DNA of 64,000 nt from assembly GCA_964016885.1 (NCBI GenBank), contig OZ024751.1, positions 44,950,001 through 45,014,000 on the forward strand, written 5' to 3'. The first letter of the stretch is position 1, and every line of letters starts with the position of its first letter. The translations under genes and the position numbers were made by a program. This document shows, piece after piece, positions 29,281 to 43,029 of the stretch. The DNA is from Eledone cirrhosa. Lineage: Eukaryota. The notes under the pieces are model-generated. The model searched no databases. It was not told the DNA's origin and worked only from the letters and a program-made list of their open reading frames with translations.

Positions 29281-29288
<8 letters not shown>
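28853..29288. mobile_element. Apparently perfect ~190 bp-arm palindrome with a ~33 bp one-sided tail, in (TA)n
   Basis: 28887-29081 is the reverse complement of 29096-29288; degenerate HHR TTGAAAA-GCATTT-ag-AAATGC-GcA-ACCGGT-A in each arm. Confidence 0.8.
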
Positions 29289-29329
<41 letters not shown>

Positions 29330-29397
29330 TTATATATACACACTGTACATCCACGTGTATTGAAAGCTTTTTTTTTTCTTTCATTTGTACCCACAAC

Positions 29398-29431
<34 letters not shown>

Positions 29432-29728
29432 CATATCTCTGTGTAAGTATGTGTATATCTGAGTGTATGAATATGTGCATGGGTCTATGTGAAGTGTGTG
29501 TTTTTGTGTGTGTATGTGCATGTGTGTATGTGATTATAAGAAGGTGTTAGAGCCATAGGCCTCATGCCGGCAATTACAAAAATGTATCTAGGAATACATT
29601 ACCTAATGTATCTCTCAACTCTCAGTCTACACCATTGTGTGATATGAGAGAATTTTGCTACTATTTCTAACAGTATAAGCAACCACATTATAATGTCACC
29701 TCTCTCACCTGTCTATTACTCGGTTGCT

Positions 29729-29930
29729 GGGTTGTGTGTTGTGTTCTTGAGCAAAACACTTCATTTCACGTTGCTCCAGTATATTCATCTGTGACTACCA
29801 GCTGGGGGTTTAATTCTTCGAAGGACTGGTGTCCTATCCAGGAGGGAGTCCTGTACTCTCAGTCGCTTCATGCCATAGTAACTGAGATAAGCACCAGCCT
29901 GTTGAGCCTCATGCCTTGCAACAGACTTTA
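29729..29930 (+). mobile_element. Second-family SINE (5' truncated)
   Basis: GTTGTGTTCTTGAGCAAAACACTTCATTTCACGTTGCTCCAG core. Confidence 0.7.
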
Positions 29931-30031
29931 GACACATACAAAACATATGTATATTCTACTCTACATAAGTATTGAGTTCATTGTCTTGCAGTGTTAGACA
30001 TATAAATAGAAGTATTATATATATATGTGAA

Positions 30032-30220
30032 GGGCGGTAGATTGGCAGTATCGGTAGAGGGTCGGACGCCATGCTTTCCAGCATAGTTACGTCCCTTTAC
30101 GATCTGAGTTCAAATCCCGCCGAGGTTGACTTTGTCTTTCATCCTTACGGGGTCGATAAAATAAAATACCAGTAATGCACTGGGTATTTGCTGTCCTTGT
30201 GCCTAAAGTAGAAACAATTA
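30032..30220 (+). mobile_element. tRNA-derived SINE with 18-bp TSD
   Basis: TSD ATTATATATATATGTGAA on both sides; near identical to 4410-4598. Confidence 0.92.
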
Positions 30221-30234
30221 TATATATATGTGAA

Positions 30235-31121
30235 TGTGTCAGAAAAGTTCCAGGACTGATGTCACACAAGATTTATTTCAAACCCAACTTCACACTAAGA
30301 GTTTTCTCCTTCAAAGTAATCCCCTGGAGTATGTAACTGCAACCTTAGCTCTCTGCAGCGATCAAACATTTTTCTTCATAATTTTATATACATGTCCTGT
30401 TTCAGGTCGTCAAGCAATGAGCACAGAGCAGCGAACAAACTTGAAAACTCCGTCAGAAGCACTCGGATTGCTGCAGCAAGTGTATGGAGATGAGACGATG
30501 TCACGCTCACGTGTTTTTGAGTGGTGCAAGAGGTTTAAAGAAGGACACGAGGACGTGGAAGATGACCCCAGGAGCGGAAGGCCCTCAACAACCAGAACTG
30601 AGGTTAACGTTGAGCGCATCAGGCAGATGGTGCGTAGCGATCGTCGGCTGACTGTTCGACTGATGGCAAATGAGCTGGGCATGAATCGGGACAGCGTCTG
30701 GAAGATTCTCACTGAAGATTTGGACATGCGGAAAGACTGCGCGAAGATGGTGCCAAAACTGCTGAACGATGACCAGAAGGGTCGATGCATGCAAGTGTGC
30801 CAGGACATCCTCGAGCGTCTTGAAACCGAACCAGACTTGCTAGGGACAGTCATCACCTGTGATGAGTCATGGATCTTTGAGTACGACCCGGAGGGGACCC
30901 GTTTTGAAGACGTGGACGACATCAAAAAGGCCGTGACGACGGAACTGCGGGGGATCCCGGACGAATCCTTCCAGGAGTGCATGCAAGCGTGGCAGAAAAG
31001 GATGGAAAAGTGCATTAGACTCCAGTGGGATTACTTTGAAGGAGAAAACTCTTTGTGTGAAGTTTGGGTTTGAAATAAATCTTTTGTGACATCAGTCCTG
31101 GAACTTTTCTGACACACCTCG
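30235..31121 (+). mobile_element. Mariner transposon, internally deleted, with ~55 bp TIRs
   Basis: TGTGTCAGAAAAGTTCCAGGACTGATGTCAC.. / ..GTGACATCAGTCCTGGAACTTTTCTGACACACCTCG-TA. Confidence 0.92.
30417..31073 (+). pseudogene. Mariner transposase lacking most of the catalytic domain (open frame, 218 aa)
   Basis: EQR..VYGDETMSRSRVFEWCKRFKEG..DDPRSGRP (HTH), MVPKLL (WVPHEL-like), ITCDESW..YDPE fused to GTRFEDVDDIK..CIRLQWDYFE; HDNA and YSPDLAP motifs absent. Confidence 0.88.
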
Positions 31122-32283
31122 TATATGTGAATGTTTGTCTCTGTGTACATATGAGTATTTTCCGTTGTGTGCATGTTGTTAAGTGTGTATTTATGTGTGT
31201 GAGTGTGTGTGTTTGTGTATGTACGTATGTGTGAATGTATATCTGTGTGAGAGAGTGCGTCTATATGTCTGTATGTGTGTGAGAGAGAGAGAGAGCATGA
31301 GTGGGTGTGTACGTTTGTGTGTTTGTGTGTGTGTGTAAGTAAGTACGTCTGTGTCTGTGTGTGTATGTGTATGTGTATGTGTTTGTGTGTATGGGTATGT
31401 GTCTGTATATGTATATATATATATATGTCTGTGTGTATATGAGTGCATGTGGATGTGTATATGTGTATGTGTATCTGTATATGTGTATATGTATATGAGA
31501 GTATGTGTATATGTGTATATGTATATGTCTGTATATGTATATGTGTATATGTATATGTGTATATGTGTATGTCTGCATATGTATATGTGTCTGTGTGTAT
31601 ATGTATATGTATATATGTATATATGTGTATATGTGTATGTCTGTATATGTGTGTATATATATATGTGTATATGTGTATGTCTGTATATGTGTGTATAGAT
31701 GTGTATGTGTGTGCACTGTGATAGAAGATTTATTGCCATGAACCGAATTATTCGGCGAGATCGTTTTACGTCTTAAATTCAAATCTCGGCAACGAAGGAA
31801 ATTTCCAATTCTTGAGCTCAGTTCTTGTGGAACGGTAAAATTAACTGGTTTCCAGTAATAAATTACACCCTAACATACACATATACCTATCAGCAGGGCG
31901 TAAAATCAACACTCACTTGCCGGCCTTGGATCCCGTTTTCTTGTCTGGAGATTAAAAAGGACCAATGGTGTATTTTTTTTTATTTATTTCTTGATTGAAT
32001 TGTGCGAAATAATATAATTATTCAAATACACCGATATATATATATATACCAATATATACCATTTCCTCTCCCAATTAGCATAATTAACTATATAAAAAAT
32101 CGAATAGACCAGGCTATAAGAATAAGGCTTCTATGAAGAAATCTCCAACAAATAACCGAAACTAGCCCTTCGCGTCGGCCGCAACGGAATATTTATCGAA
32201 TATTTCGACAGCGTAATCGCCCAGATACAGTCAATTAAACAGAATTAGGTGTAAAATAAACTAGGAGAAAATAGAATACATTT

Positions 32284-32365
32284 AAATACCTCTACCATGG
32301 TTTCGTCTGCATTTTGAGATTTCCAATAATTATGTAACTCGAGCATCGGACTCTTCAGGAGATTT
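32284..32365 (-). ncRNA. Type I hammerhead ribozyme, intact
   Basis: AAATCTC-CTGAAGA-GTCcgaTGC..GCAGAC-GAA-ACCATGGT-A-GAGgtATTT, with G-C closing pair of stem II. Confidence 0.82.
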
Positions 32366-32591
32366 GCTCTGATCCAGACACTAAATTTTCCAAAGTGATC
32401 GCGCCAAGAATTCATTCAAAATGGCTAAGAATCGTGACGTAGCAGCGGTCAGGTTGGAAGGGGTGTGGTAGAGGTGCTTACGGCTGGTGGCTTTTTTGCT
32501 AGAAAGCACAGCACAATACAGCCAAATTTTTATCTCAACCTAATGGGAGATTATTACATATAAAAGTTTACATATATATATATATATATAC

Positions 32592-32632
<41 letters not shown>

Positions 32633-32786
32633 CTCTACTACCCTAAGTATCGAGTACTCCGGTGCATTATGGTATACCTGGCATCTTACCACATCTTCTT
32701 TGTTTTATATATATATATATACACACATATATATACATACATATATTTATACATACATATATATATATATTCCTATGGCTTCGATA

Positions 32787-32827
<41 letters not shown>

Positions 32828-33012
32828 AGTGTGTGTTGGGGTGGTGACCGAAAGAAAAGCTCCCCCTTCTATCATTCTGCCTAAATAAATCAAAATCCAT
32901 CCGTCCCCTAAGTGTAAGCAACTCCCTAAATTAATATACAAATTCATACATTCCCTAGCCTGAAATCGAATATTCAATAAAAACACATTAAATTATGAAA
33001 AAAACACTCTGC

Positions 33013-33545
33013 TAGGGTCGACTAAAAAATTCATAGGCTGTCTATGAAGGTGTGATGCTAGAGCTGTGAAATCTTGCATGCATTAATTTCAACTCTTCTT
33101 CTTGTTTCTTTCCAGAGAGCATATTGAAAAATAAACCTCATTTGGCCATTCTATAAGAGTATCTTATTCAGCCTATGAAGGAGTGGTACTAGAGCTGTGA
33201 AATCTTGCATGCATTAATTTCAACTCTTCAAGGGCGGTGGATTGGCAGTATCGGTAGAGGGTCGGACGCCATGCTTTACAGCAAAGAGTTACGGCCCTTT
33301 ATGGTCTGAGTTCAAATCCCGCCGAGGTTAACTTTGCCTTTCATCCTTACGGGGTTGATAAAATAAAGTACCAGTAATACACTGGAATAATTGCTGGCCT
33401 TGTACCAAAAGTAGAAACAATTAATTTCTACTCTTCTTATTAATAACTACAGTATTTCTTTCCAGGGACTATGTGTAAACATAAACCTCATTAGGGCATT
33501 CCATGAGAGTATCTTGATCAGCTTATGAACTTTTCAATCTATGAA
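33013..33545. mobile_element. MITE-like element with internal duplication, interrupted by a SINE
   Basis: AAAAATTCATAGGCTG / CAGCTTATGAACTTTT inverted ends; CTAGAGCTGTGAAATCTTGCATGCATTAATTTCAACTCTTC twice. Confidence 0.6.
33232..33422 (+). mobile_element. tRNA-derived SINE with TSD
   Basis: Flanked by AATTTC(A/T)ACTCTTC. Confidence 0.9.
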
Positions 33546-34329
33546 CGAGTCTCGTACTGCAGAAACATTGCAGAAACACTGACATCTGGACGTTGTTTCT
33601 GCTAAATATTCAACTCTTTCATATTAACTTAACAATATTTTTTATTCGGTTCTTTAGGTATATTAACATTAATCCAGATGAAATTGTTCATCAGCTAAAC
33701 CTTACATTATTGTGTCAGTTTAACTAAACGATATATTACTCGGGAAATAAGCTACCAATCGTCTTTATAACTATATCAACAAATCATCCACTAAGTGAAT
33801 ACTACAAACTAATTAATTCAGCATGCTCTTGGGCGCTAAAACTATCATAATTCTAGCGAGAACATCAACCTCACATCAATGATATATTTTTAATGCTATC
33901 AGGGAAATCATCAACAGTTGAACGCTATATTTTTTATGTTGACCTTGAGTGCGTTTAACCGACATCTTAGATATATTCCACCCTTCCATATCAAAAAAGG
34001 CAAATATGTGTTGCGTATTAGCTTAACATAAACAGCACTTCCAATATCCCCCTATCTATATATTTGTCTGCCTGTCTATCTATCTATCTGTCTATTTATT
34101 TATCTGCCTATCTATCTATCTATCTATCTATATTTCTACTTTTCTCGATACGAGTGTGCGTGTATGTTTGTATAAATGTGTGTGTGTGTGTGTGTGTGTG
34201 TGTAGACGAGTGTTTGTGTATGAGTGAGTGTGATAGGTCTTTGAGCTTGATATTTAATATAAACAACACTATATTCTGGCCTTTTGCCAACTGCACACTC
34301 CATATGTATTTTGCATGCAAGGATGTAAA

Positions 34330-34843
<514 letters not shown>

Positions 34844-35438
34844 CGTGTGTGTGTGTGTGTGCGTGTGTGCGCGTGTGTGTGTGTGTGTATGTATGTGTGT
34901 ATCGTATAATTCAAGGCGGTATATCTCTTACTGTTGATGTGTTGAATTTCAAAATATGAATCTTCCCCGAACCCTTCACCTGTAGAAGAACAGCACTTAC
35001 TAATGCCCTGTCTGACTCGATGGTACCTCTAATTACTATGTCTGACACAATTATCTTTAATAAATTAATGAAGGAGGTAGCAATGTCCATGACCTTCACA
35101 GGGTTATTTTCCGGTCAGTCAGTATAGATCGGAACCGTTGCCGTTTTATTTGAAGTTCTACCGGTCGTTCTCTTCTAAAATAGATCTATGTATTTGAGTA
35201 GATGGGTTTCAGTGAGTGTTGGGTAACTGACGAACAAGTTGTAGCCGAGCTTTTGTTGAGCTTTAATGACAGTGAGACACAGTACAAGTACAGACGAAAG
35301 TGACTAACTTAAAGACGGTTTAATCATTTGATCCCGAGTTCAATTACACCGTGTGACATCCGGGGCAAGTATCAACTCAAGCCTTGTGAATAAGTTTGGG
35401 TAACTGGAAACAAGACGTCGGCGAGCTTTACTTGAGGT

Positions 35439-35666
35439 TTAACCCTTTAATGTTCAAACCGGCCAAAACCGGCCAGAATTCTCTACCTTTTTCTGTTGAA
35501 ACTGGCTGTAACTGGTCACTCAAACTGATGTTAAGGTATTGTTCTCAAAATAAATTCTTTCAACATCTCATAGATTCGATAATACGTGAGATAATTATGT
35601 GAGATAAAGCATTTATCATGAAAATATAATAGTATATATAGAGTAATGTGAATGCTAAATGGTTAA
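35439..35666. mobile_element. piggyBac-like MITE
   Basis: TTAA-CCCTTTA..TGCTAAATGG-TTAA; homolog of 8409-8635. Confidence 0.8.
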
Positions 35667-36758
35667 TGATAGTAAGATATATTACAAGTAAAGACAAAAG
35701 TAACTAACTCATCATCATTATCAGTAGTACCAGCAGCATTTTATACTCAGACAAGTGGAACGGGTCGTTAAAAACATAGGCTCTCTCTACCTGTAACGTT
35801 CCTCCGTCATCTCCTCTGTGAGCTTCAACGTATTGTGATCAGCTCTTACCAACTCTGTTCAGGGGTAATCGATAATTTCGATCATTATAAACAAAAGATC
35901 CTTTTTTTTTTATTTTGAAATACGGAGCTAAAATTTTGAAGCAATTAACAGCTTATATTGTCAATGAAAAATTATATTTGTTATTGAATCAATTAAATTC
36001 CTATAGGTAGACGATTGATTGTGTCCATAATTGCATTTCAATGGACCTTAGAAATGCTTGGCCATGCTCATCTCCTCTCTATGTTCCTGTAACTGGATGT
36101 TTGACTGTGTGTCCATCATGGCATTTCAATGCTTAGCAATACCCATCTCTTCTTCAAGCGTCCAGTCCCTCAGAAATTTTTATCAGAATTTGACTGGAAA
36201 ATTCTCGGAATCACAAGTAAGAGCCAGATGAAACCCCATGAACCTGTCCGTCCCTAATAATTAAATATTCCCCCACATCAGGAGACAGGTGGTCCTATTT
36301 CTCTTTAAAAAGGAAACAATTTTCTATCTTTTTCTTTTACAAAATTATTGTCTTTATTTCATATAATTTATACTTCATTTTTCCCTATCTGTTCCGCTTA
36401 AATTGTTCATGGTTGTTTGGCATACAACGTTTAATTTGAAATAAATACTTTTAAAAAACATATATTAATAAAGATTTATTGCATATTGTATGTTGCGTTC
36501 TAGGCAAAACTAACGAAATTTATTTGACACTAAAGATTTAAATCTTTAGAAAAAAGGTTTAAAAAATGACACCATGATTAGAAATCGTCCATCAAAACTT
36601 CTACGTCGTAAACACATATTGTTTTCTGGCTTATTTATTGTTATCATTTAAAAAATATAGTTAAAAGTCATGATTATGTAATAGAAATACATACATACAC
36701 ATGCACAAGAGAGTGTATACATAATTACATACACACACACACACTCACACACACACAT

Positions 36759-36827
<69 letters not shown>

Positions 36828-36828
<1 letters not shown>

Positions 36829-37058
36829 CAATAATAATAAATGTGAAGACTAAAATCCAAAGAGGGCTCGATAAGGATAAATATATATCAAATATATAAG
36901 AACCCTAGAGCAAATATTTATTAAAATAACAGATTAAACTTTAAGCAAAGAATCGCTGCTTTCACCCTTAACGGAATCTTCTGAGTTTCAGAAGATCCCG
37001 TTAAGGATGAAAGCAGCGATTCTTTGCTTAAACTTTAATCTGTTATTTTAATAAATAT
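36828..37058. mobile_element. Palindromic element family D (~70 bp arms plus ~85 bp tail)
   Basis: 36914-36984 is the inverse of 36988-37058; HHR-like CAGAAGA-TCC..GGAT-GAAA with non-canonical core; homolog at 54178-54337. Confidence 0.7.
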
Positions 37059-37064
37059 ATATAG

Positions 37065-37585
<521 letters not shown>

Positions 37586-37601
37586 TAACATAATATAGCT
37601 T

Positions 37602-37679
<78 letters not shown>

Positions 37680-38056
37680 CTTTTTTTACTTTCATTTTAC
37701 ACTAATGTGGCTTCTCTTTCTTCTAGAATGTTCTATTCATGTGTAACTTTTATTTGTTTAGTTCCACACTGAATATTTTCTATGGGTCTTAGCTGAAATG
37801 TCTGACCCAACTGTCTTCTTTACATCCAAAGGTGGAATGGATAAACAACCAAGCGGAACTGTTCATACGAACCTCATTTCCACGCTACTTAGTTCTAACC
37901 TGGGTGTTAGTTTACTTCACAAGATTAATAATTCATAAATATGTTTTCCTTAATTAGAGCTGTAAAACATGATTGTATTTTGAACAATTTCCAAGCTTTC
38001 CAAAATACATTAAAAAGATTCAGCGTTACAATTTTTATCGTTAAAAGAAATCATTA

Positions 38057-38428
38057 AGTATCGGTAGAGTGTCGGACGCCATGCTTTCCAGCATAGTTAC
38101 GTCCCTTTACGGTCTGAGTTCAAATCCCGCCGAGGTTAACTTTGCCTTTCATCGCTACGGGGTCGAAAAAATAAAATACCAGTAATGTACTGGGTAATTG
38201 CTGGCCTTGTGCCAAAAGTAGAAACAATTATTATTATTTTCGGAAGGGCGGTGGATTGGCAGTATCGGTAGAAGGTCGGACGCCATGCTTTGCAGCTTAG
38301 AGTTACGCCCCCTTATAGTCTGACTTCAAATCCCGCCGAGGTTCACTTTGCCTTTCATCTTTACGGGGTCGATTAAATAATGTACTGGAATAATTGCTGG
38401 CCTTGTGCCAAAAGTAGAAACAATTATT
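38057..38428 (+). mobile_element. Two tandem tRNA-derived SINEs
   Basis: 38057-38230 (5' truncated) and 38246-38428, same family as 4410. Confidence 0.9.
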
Positions 38429-38609
38429 ATTATTTTTTTAATTTCACGGCATTACGATTTTATTAAACCGGTCAATATGACCGACTTCTTGTCAGGCTAT
38501 TGAAAGCTTAGGATAAGGAGACCTTTTGGTCCTTGTTCGTCAGTTTGTTAATAATACTTTTTTGAGGATATAAGCAGTTTCTAGAAGCAACAAATGCTAA
38601 AAGAAAGCT

Positions 38610-38850
38610 TATCAAGCCAGTTCTTATCCCAGTTTCCTTGGCATGAAACGACTGAGAGTACAAGACTAACCCCTGGACATGATCCCAGTCCATCGGAAAG
38701 TTAAGCTCAGCTATTGCTCATTGTCAGGTAAGTATACTGGCGCAATGTGAAATGAAGTGTTAAGTACAAGAACACAACACACAAGCTAGCAAAGAAATCA
38801 AACCCACGCCATTATGATCGCAAATTTAACACACTTACCACTAACCCACA
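38610..38850 (-). mobile_element. Second-family SINE, diverged
   Basis: Inverse similarity to 11325-11551 and 29729-29930. Confidence 0.6.
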
Positions 38851-39264
38851 AACCTCTTTTGAATGCTAGAGTGTATTCATCATTATCATCATAATTATTA
38901 CCATCATCATCATCATTATCATCGTCATCATCATCATCATCAACAGTACCATTTTATCATTGAGACAGGTAAATATGTTTCTCCCCACCTTTTCAATATG
39001 TTGGACATAAAAATTATGTGGGAAATATATTTATTAATGTGAAATTTTTACATAAAGAAGAAAGTAATTTAATTGCTTTATTTACTTTTCTTCCCATTCT
39101 TGGGGCGGTAAAAATATTTTAGTTCAATTTGCCAAGAAAAATTTGTTTCCACTCGTAAACTAACAAGACGAAACGGCCCTAAACTGTAACCAAAAACAAA
39201 CAAGTTTTAATAAAGGACAGTGAATAGAAACAGCTGAAAAATCAATAACAGTTTCTCACCTGTT

Positions 39265-39323
<59 letters not shown>

Positions 39324-40689
39324 AGTGTATGTATATGTGTGAGTGTGTATCTATGTGTATATATATATATATTAACAATATTAATAAATGGAAAATATCT
39401 TTACAAAACCATATTTATTTTATTATACGTATATATATATATATATATATATGTCCTGTATACCTATGTAACCAACCGGTTACATGTCATTTTTGGTCAC
39501 ATCAAAACTCATTCTTTGACCCATACACTGCGACAATGGCGATGAAAACACATTGATCAACGCCATTACCAATATCTTTCACTGTAACACTTATATTGCA
39601 TCAACCATATAATTCGGCACTACAGGTGGGTAACATACTAGGTGTGTAACATAGCAGGTGTATAACATAGCAGGTGTATAACATACCAGGTCGAGTTGTC
39701 TTTCTATCAAAGACGCGGCTCTCTGGGTTACAAAACTCTGCTAAAAATTCCTTTTCAGTCAGTTGATTCTGATTCACAATCTATATAATACTTGTTCGCC
39801 ACTCCTGGCAAATGAGAAGCAACTCAATTTTTTTCCTTGTTCTGTTCATTTCACAAACAATGTATGTTGCACGTGTGTGCATATATGAACATGTGTGAAT
39901 ACAGGGGCGGGGGTGTATGCGTGTACATCGTTGTTGTTTGCCATATCGCGTTAAATTTTCGAGTTAATATTACTGGCTTTTTTTCTCAAAAAGTCATTAT
40001 TATTTCTCCATTTGAAATGTTTACGTTCTGCTGTGTAATTAAATCTGTTTTCTTTCTTTTTCTTTTATTTTTCACCGTTTATACTCCGTAAAAGTGTATT
40101 TGTCTTCGTTCGAGTTTTTGGGGCGTGTCTGTTTACATTAGGGCTACCACCCATGTGGTGTGTTCCTCTTTCTGCTCCTGCATTTTTTTTTTTTTTTTTT
40201 TTTAAAGAAACCATCTTGAGTTTCTTGCAGCAATCGTTGTAAAATATAAAATATAAAATATAAAATATAAAATATAAAATATAAAATATAACGATGTTCA
40301 AAATTAAATCTCTGTTTTTTGTTGTTTTTTACACCAAGGTAAACGGGATGGAGGTACGAATCTTCTAAACAATATAATTCGCTAAAACATTATATTTATT
40401 TGTTTAATGAATTAAAATATAATAATAGTCAATTTCTTTCGGAAGACCAATTTATGCACATCGGCTTTTAGTAAAGAATAACTACTACTACAATTACAAC
40501 TATGGTTTCTAATTTAGACACAAGGGCAGACATTTCAGAAACCGAGGAAAGTCGATTATATCGACCCTAGTACTTGACTGGTATTTTATCTAATCGTGTC
40601 TTTACTGCATTACCAAGCACAACTCTGGTGCATTGGGCATTTGCAATGCTGTTTTTTTCGATTTCTTTCTTTCTTTTTTTTTTTTTTTT

Positions 40690-41046
40690 ACTGTAGCTTA
40701 TTACTGGAATCGATAGAGTGCTGAGGCCTACTACGTTATTCTTTGCATTCTTTACATTTCATCTTAAGTTGTAATCTAATCCGTCTATAGTATTCCTTTC
40801 TGGTCTTTTCTCTCATCTGTGTTTGTGTTGAACCCCATCTAGTTCATTGATCCCTAAGTATTTGTATGTATGTCTTTGATCTAATTCTCTTATCTAGTGA
40901 TATTAATGTTTTTCACTGACGTTTAACCTTTCAAATTTTCTTTGACACATTTTTCTAGTCTAAATTTCATGTCTTTTGTGAATCCATATACTGTCTGCAG
41001 CAGTGTTTCAAGTTTCTCTCGTTCACAGCGTAGCTTTAGATCTCCT
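40690..41046 (-). pseudogene. Old degraded RT fragment of a REL-type (R4/Dong-like) LINE
   Basis: Across frameshifts: GDLKL..LLQTVYGFTKDMKFRLEKC..YKYLGINELDG..MREKTRKEYYRRIR..NAKNNVVGLSTLSIPVISYS, colinear with the RT at 57115-58516. Confidence 0.7.
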
Positions 41047-41321
41047 CTATACAAGAGATGGTTTAAGTTTTCTTGCCATAACAATTAGTATCCCTATTTT
41101 TTTTTCTTAATTTCCACAACGAATGACTCTCAGAAGTCTCCATCTTATCATAGACTTTTCTTTTGTTTCAACTTTACATGTTTTTGTTATATCTTTACAC
41201 AAAAAACCCACTTTGTATCATCCCCTCCCCTTCAAATTGCTGACCATGTGCCTATAGTAGAAACAATTATTATTATTATTGTCGTAGTTGTTTTTGTTGT
41301 GCTTTTTGTTGTTGTGGTTAC

Positions 41322-41352
<31 letters not shown>

Positions 41353-41856
41353 ATAGTGGTTGCTGTTCCTGTTGCTGTTGTTGATATTTTTGTCATTGTC
41401 ATGGTTGTCGGTGTTGTTGCTTTTGTGGTGGTGGTGGAGGTAAGGGTGGAGATGGCGGTGGGGGTGGTAGTGTTAGTGGTGATGGTGATGGTAGTGGTGA
41501 TGGTGGTGGTAGTGATAGGGTGGGGGCTAGTGGAGGTAGTGGGGGTGATGATGATTGTGATGGTGGTAGTGATTGTAGGGGCTATTATAAACATGCTATG
41601 GCGTTTGTAAATCACGCTGCTCAACTTACAGGCTATTTCAGCTGACTTCATTTGAAGATCATTGCCTTCATGACTCTAATTTTGAAGGACATACCCGTAC
41701 GACCCCTACCGATAACGAAATAAGGACAACTGCATCACTCAACGTGTATATATGTTGACACACATGCTCAGATGACACGCTATCCTATATAATTATATCT
41801 AATGCGCAATTTACAATTCTGTTCAGCTTTTTATTGATAAACTATCATTTAAATAA

Positions 41857-42115
41857 GGCGGTGACTTGGCAGAGTCGTTAGAACATCGGATAGAATGCTT
41901 TGTAATATTTGTTCTGACTGTCTACTCTTTCAGTTCAAATCCTGTCGAAGTCAACTTTACAATTCATCCATTTGAGGTCGATAATAAAAGTAGAATTCTA
42001 GTACTGGGGTCGATTCTTCCTCTACATATTTTTCTCACTTCCTCTCTCTCGCTCTCTATCTTTCTCAGAGAGAAATCTTCTGTGTTCAAACCTGGAGAGG
42101 GAATTGGGCTCAGCT
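41857..42115 (+). mobile_element. tRNA-derived SINE, long-tail variant
   Basis: GGCGGTGACTTGGCAGAGTCGTTA..GTTCAAATCC; relatives at 2140-2405, 49133-49330 and 53611-53770. Confidence 0.8.
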
Positions 42116-42139
42116 ATTTTTTTTTTTTTTTTTAATGCC

Positions 42140-42430
42140 CTATAAACGCCGTGCTTGTAGCATTTTTAGAGTTTCTGCGGAGCCAATTCCACTCTCTGAA
42201 CATCAAATGCATTTACCAACGGAGTAGAAATGGTTGACATCATTGGATGCAAACGCAGTGACAAATTTTACGTCAGAATGACCTTCTCCTAAACGAAGAC
42301 TAGAGATCTCTCACACCACTGTCACCCTCAACAAAGCATATATACATATGTTTATACTTTATTGGATGGCCGTTGACCCTCCTGCGTTCCTCTGCCCTTT
42401 GACGGGTTTTGATCTCCGTCCATGCAGAGG
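42140..42430 (-). mobile_element. Diverged fragment of the RTE-derived bipartite element
   Basis: AGCCAATTCCACTCTCTGA, CCTTCTCCTA and GGATGGCCGTTGAC..GGTTTTG match 5850-6220. Confidence 0.55.
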
Positions 42431-42476
42431 TTGTATACATATATATAAAGGTCCTGAACCTTTTCCTATATATATA

Positions 42477-42670
42477 TAGGAAAAAGTATGACCCCGACGG
42501 CAGAGCTCAAGCCGTTTCGACGGCTATTTCTGGAGTCCAGAAATAGCCGTCGAAACGGCTTGAGCTCTGCCGTCGGGGTCATACTTTTTCCTATTTCCCA
42601 CTCTACTACCCTAAGTATTGAGTACTCTGGTGCGTTATGGTCCATTTGGTTCCTTACCACAATTCCTTTG

Positions 42671-42672
<2 letters not shown>
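42477..42672 (+). mobile_element. Palindromic family C element
   Basis: Perfect arms around AG; highly similar to 817-1010. Confidence 0.75.
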
Positions 42673-42741
<69 letters not shown>

Positions 42742-42789
42742 ATTGTGTGTGTATAACTATATATATATACACAAAGGTATTTTTGTATG

Positions 42790-42843
<54 letters not shown>

Positions 42844-42929
42844 TAGTTTTGTGTGTATGTATATATATATATATATATATATGATATTGTGTGTGTATAA
42901 CTATATATATATACACAAAGGTATTTTTG

Positions 42930-42975
<46 letters not shown>

Positions 42976-42987
42976 TAATTTTGTGTG

Positions 42988-43029
<42 letters not shown>

